Shown one piece after another: positions 23,401 through 36,500 of a DNA stretch of 64,000 nt; the first letter of the stretch is position 1, and the number at the start of each line of letters is the position of its first letter. The position numbers were made by a program, and so were the translations under genes. The stretch comes from Laetmonice hystrix (taxonomy: Eukaryota), in NCBI GenBank assembly GCA_965235115.1, contig OZ249446.1, positions 13,950,001-14,014,000 of the forward strand, written 5' to 3'. The notes beneath the pieces are model-generated. The model did not search any database. It was not told the DNA's origin and was given only the letters and a program-made list of their open reading frames with translations.

Positions 23401-26277
23401 GTGGTTAAAATACTTTCCCTAAACTACAAAACCAGAAACCACCTGCCTTCACTCGTAACCCATTGCTTCACCCCGACCCCAGAATCTGGTTTAGGAGGAA
23501 AAGTTCCTGCACAAGATGACTGAAAAAAAAGTCAAAATGGACCAGAATTTTATTGCGACATTTTGAAATCTCAAATATCAAAATATCTGATTCCGAAAGG
23601 TAGCACGAACCATGTTATGTTTTCATGATGTATAGCTGTGACTGGCAAATATTAGTTGCCAGATCTCTCGCACTCACAGTGTCCCGCTGTGGGAGTGACG
23701 ACGACTCACAGGGCGGGCCTGGGTCAGCTACCCGAAGAAAAGAATCCATATTTTGCACGTACACGATGATAATATAACTCTGGGACTTTCTAAAACACTC
23801 ACGATTTCTGGCTTTGTATACGATCAAAATCTAAAATAACGTACACCATCAGAAATACAGAAAAACTCTGCTCGTCAAAAAAGTCAATATCGTAATAAGA
23901 ATGGCTTGCGGGAAATCTAAGTATGCAAAGAATGACGCACGGTCTTACTTCTTTTTATAGATAAATTGGGCATTGTGTTTTCTAGGAGGCTACGCCCACA
24001 CCCACGCTCAATCTGTTGTCCGTCTCGGCAGACATATAATAAATATACCGACAAAACGAGAGTTGATACTGAAGGAATCGGAGCCGAAATGGTCTGCTTC
24101 GGTGAACGAGTGGCCCGGATGTAACCACATAATTCATCTTCAACCAGACTCAGCGAGTCCAGATACACGACGTCTGCCGAGTAGTGACGTCACAAACAAA
24201 GCGCACTCACTGAACCCACTCACTGACCTGGGGTGGTGGCCACGCGGACACCATGGCAACTGATCCTGTGGTTATCTCATTCACTCACAGAGGGCGCTCG
24301 TGTTACAATGATACATTCTTGTGGAACCAACTGCACCTTGTCCAGCCCCCCCCCCCCCCCCACAACAAAACTTTCTAGGCGTGTCATAGGCTTGCGTCCT
24401 TGGAATATGTGTAATGGGACACACGGCGGTAACTAATGCCTCCTTCTTGCCCTTTTTATTCCGGGTAAATTGACATCTTTACCCGGTTCTCGTCCACTTA
24501 CTGTGGGAGACCATGTTTCGTGCCGTCAAGTCATATCTCTCGTTGCTACCCACTGTGTTCACCGGGTGGTTAAGTATTGTTTATCGTCCCGTTATGTTCT
24601 CCAAACGTCACGCAGACAATACAGCGGAGCCGGAGCACACATTCTGCCCGTCATAACGACCGTCAGTAGTGATTATTTACTGGGTCAATCTGATTCCATC
24701 TTGGAGTGGAGCACTGGATGACATCCACCAACCATACAAGTCTCTCCACCACCAACCCACCCCTAATCAACCACTCAACATGACCCGTTTACCAATCGCT
24801 GTGGAATAAATATTTGAGGCGCCTTTTTTCGAAGTGGAAGGGGGGGGGGTTCTGAGAATCCTGCATGCTGGCTAGCCTCCCGGGCGAGTTACGGCCTTGC
24901 TCACAGGAGCGACGTCTGTATGGTGAACAATTCCACTGTTAATTGTTTGCCGTTACGTAGCAGTGGGGGCGTGAGCAGTGTGGACCCAGCGACCCGCCCG
25001 CCTAGCCAGCTTTCCCCGGCTTGATAAACAAAGGCAGTCATTATTATGTATTACAGTCTAATCGTGTTCGATCCGCTTACAATGGGGCCTGTCCGCTTTA
25101 TACAACCACCACCAACCGCCACTCTGCTAGGCCAGAGTTTTAACATCGTCTCCTGACCATTCCTCATGTCAATTCTGAAATTACATGAATACATTGAGAG
25201 TTGGAAGGGCTCTCGAATTCGAAACGTTGAGAGGTGTAATCCTGTTACGGCACACTGAGTTTGGTCGGGTTGGACCCTCAGCTTCACTGTTGATCATGAT
25301 GTCATGATGTAATGTTTCCAGGAATTAAGCTCTTCAATCAATGAGCTCTTCAATGGATCGGAATCAGTAGTACTTATTCAACACAAAGTTCATGGGGTCA
25401 GACGGTTTCTCTGGAACCATGCCGAGTTGTGGTATAACCCATGCACGACAAGTGACCCTTTCTTAGACTCGGTGGGGAAACTTTACCCCACGAACAGGTC
25501 GGGGGAAAGGTGTCTGTAGTAGTCAAGGACTTTAGGGTATCCTTGTCAAGGGTGGCTAAAAATGGGGAACAGGTGTGACTCACCCCCGCCCCCACCCCCA
25601 CCCCACCCCTCCTACAAGTCTGCTTACATTCCTTCTGTCGACAGCCAACCTGTTGCTACGCCACCGTATCAAATGCTTCATAACCACCGACACCCACGGG
25701 TTTTTTTTCTTTCCTTTTGGTTCGTTTTTCTCCGTTCTTTCTTTTCTCAGCCAAATGCCTACCGCTGTCTACATAAACTTTCGGCAGACTAGGATATCAA
25801 ACACGAATATAAGAGCCCTTATGTTTTTCTGTTTATACAGAAAGTGGTGCGTTTCCATGACAACTGGCATGTACAACATGAGTGTGTCTTTCTGGCAGAG
25901 GGACTGGAACGAGTTACAGCCAGACCGCTGACTCCCTGTCTCTTGATCTGTGAACAAGTAGTCAGGCCAACAGTTGGGGTAACGTTCCAAATAACCCTCC
26001 CCCCTCGCGCCCACTCACAGGGTGTGTGGCTTGGGGTTTTCATATCTATTTCCCACGATCAAACCTTGTGAAAAGTAAGAAAAAACACAAGCTTTGCTGA
26101 ATTTTGGGTGCCTGGTAAGTCGGAACAGAACGACTCTCTGTGTGATCCTGGAAGGAAATGTACTTTTCTACCTTGCCCTCAATACACATGTAGTAAGTAC
26201 ACTTCTGCCCCTAACAGTCGTGTATCTAATGAGAACCAGCGTTATTTCAACAGAGATCAAGACAAGGTGATACTTAC

Positions 26278-26444
26278 TGCGAACATAGATTTACAAGGTC
26301 CTTGTCTGTCGTGTTGGGCGTTAGTCCTCGTATATAAAGGTTGGTTTTACTCAGCTGTTCATTGCCCGACCCACTTTGGTTGCTGGAATGGCTACTGTTG
26401 CTTGCTGTCGCCGACGGCATTGTGCTACGACCTGGTGTGTACGT
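26278..26444 (-). CDS. RBMS: Exon encoding the Ser-rich N-terminal region and the start of RRM1 (RNP2 LYIRGL)
   Basis: ctcttcttttccag|ACG TAC ACA...[57 protein letters not shown]|gtaagt; 167 nt, phase 0 to 2. Confidence 0.96.
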
Positions 26445-26467
26445 CTGGAAAAGAAGAGCAACAATTT

Positions 26468-26715
26468 AACTCCCTGCCGCTTCAATAGATAACGATACTG
26501 TATAAAAACTCCCTGCCGCTTCAATAGATAACGATACTGTATAACAAACTCCCTGTCCCTTCAATAGATAACGATACTGTATAACAAACTCCCTGCTGCT
26601 TCAATAGATAACGTTACTGTATAACAAACTCCCTGCTGCTTCAATAGATAACAATACTGTGTACTTCAATAGATAATGCTGCTGTATACCCTGTCACTTC
26701 AATAGATAACGCTGC
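26468..26715. repeat. ~40-bp tandem repeat (ACTCCCTGCCGCTTCAATAGATAACGATACTGTATAACAA) x~6, degenerating
   Basis: Unit starts at 26470, 26509 and 26549; abuts the acceptor of exon 26278-26444. Confidence 0.92.
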
Positions 26716-26856
26716 TATAGAACAGAGTCAGATATTACACAATGCAAGGAGAACGTTTATGGTCCTCCATTCTGCATAAACTATTCTTTTATTTCTGGTC
26801 CTGATGGAATGTCCCGAGGTTGTTAATCCGGGATCGTTCAGACTTGAGGCACTTAC

Positions 26857-26883
26857 TGCCAGATTTAAACCATCCCCTGACGT
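26857..26883 (-). CDS. Candidate 27-nt in-frame microexon (TSGDGLNLA)
   Basis: catttaatgtgtttgcatcag|ACG TCA GGG GAT GGT TTA AAT CTG GCA|gtaagt; phase 0-0, no stop, inside a phase-0 intron. Splice signals only. Confidence 0.35.
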
Positions 26884-29800
26884 CTGATGCAAACACATTA
26901 AATGTGACTTTTGTTCAAGAGAACGTCATTCTGATAATCGTATAAACTGGGTAACTCTTTCCTGAACCTACGCCTTTTCATTTCATTTTAGAAAACACCA
27001 TAAGTCACGCCTTAACACCCAGTCCCGTGACTTGTTCAATCCCTGACTGCCACGTTCGACTGGTAGGACCCCCAGTGTAAGAAACATGACTCAGTGTCTC
27101 TCACACTCTCTCTCTCTCACTCTCTCTCTCTGTCCATCTCTCTGTGGTCCCGTTTTACATAACAAACAGGAACAACTTTCACACCTCTTCCTTCCGGCCA
27201 ACGTCCAGCTGTCAAGTCAGGAGAGGAAAATGTTCATGACTTCCGACGCTTTGAACTTCCTCTGTCCTTCCCTTCAGGAACAGATGTCGTCCACAAGTTG
27301 CTGAGAGAGTGTGAGAGAGACCATGAATCGCCCAAGGCCAGGTCTAACTGTGTCTGATCTCCCGAGCGGCGGCAGCACCAGAGTCTACCAACCATTCTTA
27401 CTAATGTCCGCAGGCCTTAACCTCATTTCATTTCTCCTGAACCTACACACAAAAGAACTCGGGCTGTGGAAGGCCTTGAAAAAGAGGCATTCTACTTGGG
27501 GTGACCCAAGGCCCTGGTTTTTAGTTTGCAAACCGAGTCTTAATATTAAAATCTTAAGATTGAACTCTTGTTTCTGAGCTTCTGATTGGTCCTTCAAATG
27601 AAGTCAGCCAATGAGAGACCATAACACAAGTCAGTCTTAAAATTTCAGTCTAACGATTGGTAAAATGACGAACTTAAAACCGGGGCCAGGTATGAAATGT
27701 AAGAATTCTCCCGAAGCTATTTCCAAATGCTTTCCACTAGGACACCCGCATTTTTTTTAAACAATTCACTCCAGCTCTGCACGTATTTAAAACTAACCTA
27801 GACGCAGAACTTCCTAAATACGGGACCTTGGGAACTGTTGTGTGCGTGACTGATCTTGAATTTACTGGCGGATGATTATTTTTTTCAGTTTAGATTAAAT
27901 AAATAATGAGCACGTCGGACTGTACAACGTGCATACGAGGAGAAAATTACTGCATGCTGAAACTGATGTAACGAAAGCGGATATGACCCAACATCCCTAC
28001 GAAACCGAGGCATGGGCCTACGGTTATTTTCCATTGTAAATTTCCCACGGTTTTGGGAAGGGGATTAAGGGCAGGGCAGGGGTAGGGCTAGGCAAGGAGA
28101 TTTCCTTTTCTTCTATATCTGGGCGGTGTGTGGGTTACTTACTGGAATAGGAATAGTGATAAATTTTAACAATTTTATCCCAATATTTCGGGGAAATGTC
28201 AACACGGGGGCCGAGTCCCGTCTTGGGCCGGGAATCGTGACCGACTTTACTTCCTCCCATCACATGTCATCGGATGTTACCGTGAGGGTGTGGGAGGGGT
28301 TGTTTATACCAAGACGTGTGTAGAGTTTGTTTCTCATCGTGATACTCGACTTCACAAACAGAGGCCGACGGCAGGGCCAGGGGGGTACCTGCTGGGGGGT
28401 GTGCCTGCTGGGGGGGGGGGGTAACCTGCTGGGGGTGCCTGCTCGGAGCGGGGTGCTGATCTGAGGCCGGGTGTTGTCAGGATATCCCACCCTCGTACCG
28501 ACCTCCCCCCCCCCCCAGCCCCAGCCCCACACACCTCCAATCTGGGTTACTGAAGTCCACGGCACACCGGGATCACAATCCCTCTTAAATTATACAAGTT
28601 ACAAGGGCATCACGATGTGTGATGTAACACAGCTACCTCCGCCCACACAGCAACAGCTCATGGGTCCACACCAACTCACTTCGTAATCTCCTTCATTTTA
28701 CTTCACAAATGGCGAGATCCTGACGGTGAGGATACTTTGGTCTTGTGTCTGGATATTATTTAGAAACATACAGAGGATGATACGCGTACCGGGTTTTCTT
28801 TTTCTCAACCTGATAGACCGGCAGATACGTTCACAACAGACGGCCACATCTCTCCCAACATATTGTCAACCCCCCCCCCCCCTTAATTAACCAATCCTGT
28901 TATTTCATTTATGGGTCAGTCTTCTGTTTCTTACGGTAGTCCTCGTCTTATATGAGAATATTTACAAAGAATATAAATGGGGCAGTCTGAATCTGATGGG
29001 GGGGGGGGGGGTTCCCGTTGAGAATTTGCTCAAATACCACAGAATTCACCCCCCCCCCCCCCGCTCCCGCCCGTGTTAACTTCCCGGCACCGACCGTCTG
29101 CTAACAAACGACATACAGGTGACTGAGTGGCCATGAAATATTTCCGTGAGAACCGCTCGCCAGACAAACGTCTGTGTGTTATAGACGTCACACCCCATCT
29201 CCTGCAGCAATTAGTCCCTGTGTGTCTGCCCCACATATATGGGCGTGTGTGGGTGCGTGACTTGTGTCATTTATCATGGGTTGTAATGATGGCCATGACT
29301 AGCTCATCATAATACCACTAATATACTCCCATAGACGGTCATTAGTGGCGTTCAGTGTTCCTTATACTCGACACCCGCTTACCTAACAACGTGACCGTGT
29401 ATTTATGGGCGTTGTATATTTTTCCATGTCCGGTGATGATGTTTAGGTGATACGGGGGGAAACCTTCACAATGTTGACAAAAGTCCATGTATTACCCAAT
29501 AAAAGAAGTCAATCCATACAAGGTAAGAGACCTACACGGTAAGCGCTATCAGCAAGGTTTCTAACACTGGACGTAATCAAGACACCACACCACGCGTTAT
29601 CAGGAATTCTACCCCGATGTATCATCAGTCCTCCACCCTCTAAACACAAAAGGGTTGGTATAAACACCCCAGACTGTCTATAAATAGTCGGCCTTGGGTT
29701 GGGGGGGGGGGCAGATTGCAATGCGCAGTCAGTCAGCCTATCAGTAGGGTTGACACAGACAGGGTTGGGGGTTAGTTTAGTTTAGCCTCTGAGGGCAGTG

Positions 29801-32800
29801 GGGTTTCGGTATGAAATCTGACCTCGGCCCTAACCCTTCAACCCTCAACCCCTAAACATGTAGCCAGGATGTCAGCGGGTGGGCTGGAGGCCGGGGTGGG
29901 GTGTCTGCGTGAAGAAACGGGAGAATCTGGGTCAGTTATAAATACTGTCTGTGAACAACTGACCCATGTTAGCTGCCACCCCTGCCGCCGCCCTTTGATA
30001 CACACACACGTGATTCCCAAACCTCTCCACCCACCCTACACAGGCTCCCTGTGAACCCCTCCCACCTGCCAGTATATTGGCAGTAACCGTAGAATGAAAC
30101 CCCCCTCCACCATCCTCCAACCACGAAAAACTAACCTGACTATTCATCTTTACAATATTATAACCCCATATAATCTGATTACAGCATAGTAAAACATATA
30201 CATATTCAGTTATTGAAAGTGGAAATTTACAAATACACTTACCGTACTGTAAATAATGTTTGCTATCCCAATAATAACAATCTATTTATCGATGTTATTA
30301 CATCGGTAACATGCAATGTCGACCAGACTCTGTTCACTCAACTCATTCAATATTCAACCATGCCACCGACATAATGGCAACCAGGTTCGTAATTAGCTGT
30401 GACCCCATTTCGCTTTACCGCTTTGAAACAAAATGACAGTAATTTGCTTCCTTCTTTTCATCAGCTTTGTTAAAATCTTCGATATAAATCTATAATTTGT
30501 ACAATGCTAATAAGACTGCACATCCAGGTGCACTCGTGAGTCGATGGATTTTTTTGTGAGGGTGTAAGGAGGTCTTTGGAAGCCTCCGAAACCAAGCCTC
30601 CTGGGGTTGGGGTCCGGGTACGTCATGGAACCGCTCCGTCCCGTTTCATTTTTTTCTAACGGATGTACCTCCTAATAACAGAACCCAGGATCATTGAGTT
30701 TCAACTTCCAACTCTCTGGTACAAATTATTCCACAACACTACGATATGCGCCAGGAAGAACACCAATAGTGAGAGAATTCTAAGAGAACATTATAAATCG
30801 TATTATTCGAACCCGTGTATCTCCACAGATGTCATCAATATGTGACTTACGGTGGATTTAACGGGTTTCCCCGGCTAGTCTCAAGTACCAGTTGGTTAAT
30901 TGAGGGATGATAAAAACGGTTGATTACAGGGACGCTTGCCGAGACTGAGTCCGAGTGACACATTTCCCTAGTTCCAGGATCTCCCCCCGGCGACCAGCCT
31001 CCCCCATCTAATGGTGACCCCCATACCCTGAGTCACGGAGAACTGACCCAGTTATCAGCCAACCCAAATCGCTATCACTTTCCTCATCTAATATGCCTGT
31101 CATGTAGGCACTTATTGTTGAGAGCCAGACAGACTGTAACGTTCCCTCCCTGGCCTAGGGTTTCAGTTCACTGGGTCTGGGCGTCTACCAATGTTCGGGT
31201 CAGGGGTGGGGGGTGGGGGGTGGGGGGTGGGGGTTAGTTATCGGGGTGTATGGGTACCACCCCCACTGTTCAACTTCTAGGGACAAAGCTGACTTGTTAC
31301 CTGAGGTGAGGGTAACGACCCAGGGTAACACTCTGACCCCCAGCTATGAGCTAACGGGGTGGGTGGGGCGGTGTACAAAGGGGTACATAAAGGGGATCAC
31401 ATAAAGCCGTACTCCCGACCATGTATTAACGTCAGGGTTGTATACAAACATAGACCGTGTCAGCGGCATTGAAATATCCATTCTGGGAACCTCATGGCCC
31501 CACTCTTACCCAACCCTTACCCTCTCTAACCAACCCTGACCATACCCTCCCGTGTACTGCTGTCCTTACCCTATCCTTCATTACCTGTGTTGACCCCTGT
31601 GTTGACCAATCACGCACATCAACCTGTCGCTACACGTTTATGAGGTCACAAATCCAGCTGTGTTTGATATTTTGATTGATATTTTCTCACCCTCTCCCCT
31701 CCCCCAACTCGACACGATATCTGTGGTGTGGACCGAACCGTGTGGACCTACCGTATGATCACGGTCCGTCCCCCTGACGGCGAGTCACGAATCACGCCCA
31801 GTGTGTCACCGTGACAACACTTACCACTGACACACAGCTGAATGGTATAGTCCTATCGGTCGACGATAGACCCGCGGTACGGTCAGTATACGTCCGTCTA
31901 CCACCCTGTGAATGGAGTCCCAATCGTAAATCCAACCATGTAATATGTTCCCGTTACGAGTACTCGCTGCGTGGCGATCTCTCGGCGACCATCAGTCGGT
32001 GTGGTGGTGGTGTGGGGGTGTGTTTGGGTGGTGGTAGGGAGGCTAGCCTACTCGGGTCGCTGTCAGCAAGCGATGCGAGAGTCACTGAAGCATGTTCGGT
32101 CAGGCCAACTGACTGAGCCGCACTGACTCGGTGCTGTGTGAGAGCGCGGGGCCGGCGGGCTGAGAGAGGGAGGGCGGGAGGGAGGGAGGTCCCAGCTGGA
32201 CGTGGAGGAGTGGGAGGGTGTGGGCGGGGGGAGGGCTGCCATCACGATCGACCGACCGTCAGTCAGTCTGTCGGCGAGTGGTACCGTCCAAGTCAGATCT
32301 CAAGGCGCGCGGGCGTGTGCCGACACCCCCCCCTCCTCCACCACCATACACCCTCCCACCCACAGCGTCCAGCTCAGGAGGAGGCCATGGACCTGGAGGG
32401 GACCAGCCCCAGACTGGAGGAGCCCCGCCCGGAGGTCTGGGTAAACAAACGGCCGGCGTCTCCTGGCCAGCTGCTCCATGCCAGTGTCTGCCCTGCCTGG
32501 AGGAACCAGCGGCCTGGAGTGTGGTCTCCATACACGGCTATAACTGTACTCTGTGGTGGCCAGGGGGCGGGGGGAGGGGGAGGGGGCGGGGGGAGGGGGC
32601 AGGAGTTCCTCAGATCCCGCGCTGCCTGCAGGGCAAGCATGAACATGTACCCCGGCCCGCGCAGGGTCCCGCTCAGACAGGACACGTAGGGCTCCCAGAC
32701 AATCAAACCCACTGTACTCCGGTATGCGCACCCACCAACCCCTCCCCGCCCCTCCACCCCTACCAACACCAACATAATACACGCTTGTCTGTATATTATT

Positions 32801-33337
32801 TGATCGTATCCACACTCCACATAAATCCCTCATTCCGACTCCGCACTCGTTAAGACTAAACACACCTGTCCCCATGTGACCTGACGTTTCTGTGGCAACA
32901 ACTGGACATCATGAGTTGCGACCCCCTACATGTCACTAGGGTCACGGGGTGGAGGGCCCCGCCCTATTCCACCCCACCCCCACCCATTCCAGGGGCGGGG
33001 TTGGGTGCGGTGGTGGGGGAGTACGCGAGGACGTTCCCTAGGGATAGAGGGCTATGATTGGTCAGCCGTGACTGCCCACTACCAGGTCCCATTCCGGGTC
33101 AGTGGACCGTGACGACCCCCTCCCCCCGGTCTGGTCGCCAGCTGTGATCACCATCCACAGGTGCCGTCCACACCACACCAGCCAACATTCTCAACATCAA
33201 AGTGCTGGAGGTCGGAGCCGCCACAACCCTCTCCCACACAGTCGTTACCTAACCACCTCACCCTCTACCCTCCCGTCCTCGTACACTAATCCTCTATACT
33301 TGAAAATAATAACACTAATATATCAAATTAACAAGCA

Positions 33338-34435
33338 GATAGAGTTAACAAGGTGTTAACACTGTGGTCTGTTATACAAACTGACGTACATGTATAGATG
33401 AACGTGATCTACAAACAACGAAAGTCTAGTTACGTTAATATGGCCCCTTCCCGCGGATAGAGTTAGCAAGGTGTTAACACTGTGATCTGTTATACAAACT
33501 GACGTACATGTATTTAAACCCTGCCCAGTAATACACGAACGTGATCTACAAACAACAAAAGTCTAGTTACGTTAATATGGGCCCTTCACGCAGATAGAGT
33601 TAGCAAGGTGTTAACACTGTGATCTGTTATACAAACTGACGTACATGTATAGATGAACGTGATCTACAAACAACGAAAGTCTAGTTACGTTAATATGGGC
33701 CCTTCCCGCGGATAGAGTTAACAAGGTGTTAACACTGTGATCTGTTATACAAACTGACGTACATGTATAGATGAACGTGATCTACAAACAACGAAAGTCT
33801 AGTTACGTTAATATGGGCCCTTCCCGCAGATAGAGTTAGCAAGGTGTAAACTCTGTGATCTGTTATACAAACTGACGTACATGCATTTAAACCCTGCCCA
33901 GTAATACACGAACGTGATCTACAAACAACAAAAGTCTAGTTACGTTAATATGGGCCCTTCCCGCAGATAGAGTTAGCAAGGTGTAAACTCTGTGATCTGT
34001 TATACAAACTGACGTACATGTATAGATGAACGTGATCTACAAACACCGAGTCTAGTTACGTTAATATGGGCCCTTCACGCAGATGGAGTTAGCAAGGTGT
34101 TAACACTGTGATCTGTTATACAAACTGACGTACATGTATAGATGAACGTGATCTACAAACAACGAAAGTCTAGTTACGTTAATATGGCCCCTTCCCGCGG
34201 ATAGAGTTAGCAAGGTGTTAACACTGTGATCTGTTATACAAACTGACGTACATGTATTTAAACCCTGCCCAGTAATACACGAACGTGATCTACAAACAAC
34301 AAAAGTCTAGTTACGTTAATATGGGCCCTTCACGCAGATAGAGTTAGCAAGGTGTTAACACTGTGATCTGTTATACAAACTGACGTACATGCATTTAACT
34401 CTGCCCAGTAATACATGAACGTGATCTACAAACAC
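33338..34435. repeat. 118/137-bp satellite, 9 units
   Basis: Unit starts at 33338, 33456, 33593, 33711, 33829, 33966, 34082, 34200 and 34337; the long unit carries TTAAACCCTGCCCAGTAATACAC. Confidence 0.96.
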
Positions 34436-35071
34436 GAACAGAAACTGCCGAGTCACAGTGACAGTTATCTTATGTTCTCATGACCATTCCAGGATCCCCC
34501 ACCTGCTGGGATCAGAGTTGGGAGAAGGCCAGATGTTTCTGTCTGAGCTTGTAGCCATGTGAAGGATGTTTCAACTCGGACTCATCCTAACCTCCGCAAA
34601 TTAATGACCTTCGCCCTCATTTCGCAAGGTCACATGAGTCATCAACGTCGCAGAAACCATCATCAAAAAATCGTGAAGAATATGTCACACGTATGCAACG
34701 TTACAAATATCCTTTTAGTTTCGAGTTGCTTATAAATTCAACTTGGGAAGGCTTTGCGCTCAGTCATCCGACCATTTATTTACATGAGCACTCCCGAGCG
34801 CATAACTGACATGTGGTCAACTCGCCGTGGCGTTCCTGGACACCTGGCCTGCTTGCATGACCCTGAAAACTTCCCGTGCCAGGTATGCGGGAAAACTGTT
34901 CTGGGGAGACTGCCGTGTGAGGAGGCACGAGTCAGTGGAGCGTGGCCGCCAGTCTACGGTCGGTGGGGAGGTACTCAGCCATGGTAGAGAACACAGTCCA
35001 CTCTCCCAGTGTGAGGGGGTCAGCTGTGCTCAGACCCCGTCACAAGGCATGGCTTGTTACGTAACGGATCA

Positions 35072-35277
35072 CTCCATGCTGGGGCTGAGTGGGGCAGATA
35101 TCTGTCACTGTGTATCTACAGTGAGTCGGCCCATGCTGAGGGTAACCAGGGCAGATATTTGTGTATCTACAGTGAGTCGGCCCATGCTGAGGGTGGGTGG
35201 GGCAGATATCTGTGTATCTACAGTGAGTCGGTCCATGCTGGGGCTGGTTGGGACAGATATCTGTGTATCTACAGTGT
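35072..35277. repeat. ~50-bp tandem repeat x4
   Basis: CCATGCTG...GGCAGATATCTGTGTATCTACAGTGAGTCGG units. Confidence 0.88.
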
Positions 35278-36229
35278 GCCATTCCCGTCAATGACAACCT
35301 ACATTGTAACAGTGAGAGCACCGAACCACAAGGATGACCAGGAAATGCCCCCCCCCCCCCCGCCGTGCCAAACGGCCCCTGGTCAATCTGGTTACAGGTG
35401 ACACGGTCAAGTCAGCCACCCCCCCCCCCCTCCACCTCCCCGACCGAATTCTCACATGACTGTGTGCACTACCCAGGCTGGCCAAACACCACAATCTGCC
35501 GTGAGCCCTAAACGTGGAATTCACGCGTGACAACCGACCTGGTTACCATTGAATTCCTGGAGATAAATTCATTACACCTACAGCCATTCTCTGGCTTTTA
35601 CACCGCCGACCAGGAAACAGTGGCAGCGTGTGGTTGGGTGCCGCTGACTGTCTAAATAACAGGTCTGTGAAAAAATGGCCCAACAAATTGGTTACAATCT
35701 TTCGATTCCTTCTCCCAACTCATCCAATACACTGATCTTTTAATTGATACAAACAATAGACAATTGTTTGCCGAGTCGGTGGGGGTACGACTCGGTGTGA
35801 TTTCTGGTCAGCCCGTCACTGAAGTCCAGGTTTATCTGACTTAAGGAAACATCATCGGCCTGACCTTCATTCATCAAGGGCAGTGTTTGCAGCAGATTCT
35901 GACGTGCAGTTATCCACACGCGCAATCTAGAGTATCGCTTTTGGACACTCCCCAGTGTACGGGAATCTTGGTCCAATACCAGGGTTCAATATTGACAGAT
36001 ACAATTGACACTTCCTCCTTGGCTGCCAAACTAACAGAATAACATTGCTATATGTTTATCCTTTCTGAAAGTGGTATATTCCTTCTATTGAGACCTGGAG
36101 GGCCTAGCAACTGGACACCAAGTCGACGAGATATTCCTCCTGTACGTACCGGACACCTTGTCACCTAGCGGTAGCTATCCCAGACTGACTGACACCTCGA
36201 TACTCAGTCGACGACCTCCCTAGACTCAT

Positions 36230-36500
36230 TGACACCTGACACGACATTCCTGCTGTACATACCCTACTCACTGCCACCTTGACACGACATTCCTGCTGTA
36301 CTCACTGCCACCTGACACGACATTCCTTCTGTACATACCCTACTCACTGCCACCTGACACGACATTCCTTCTGTACATACCCTACTCACTGCCACCAGAC
36401 ACGCCATTCCTGCTGTACATATCCTACTGATCGACACCTGACACGACTTTATTTCTGTTCATACCCTAGAATCATTGACACCTTGACCCATTCCTTCTGT
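36230..36500. repeat. ~42-bp degenerate tandem repeat x~6
   Basis: CACCTGACACGACATTCCTTCTGTACATACCCTACTCACTGC units. Confidence 0.85.

Noticed and set aside
30237-30255. 4-nt microexon TTTACAG|TACG|GTAAGT
   Set aside because: Frameshifting with a short pyrimidine tract, and TACNGTA-type words are common in this sequence.
32138-32875. 150-210-aa Pro/Gly-rich ORFs on both strands
   Set aside because: GC-rich low complexity suppresses stops; no domain similarity or in-frame splice partner found.
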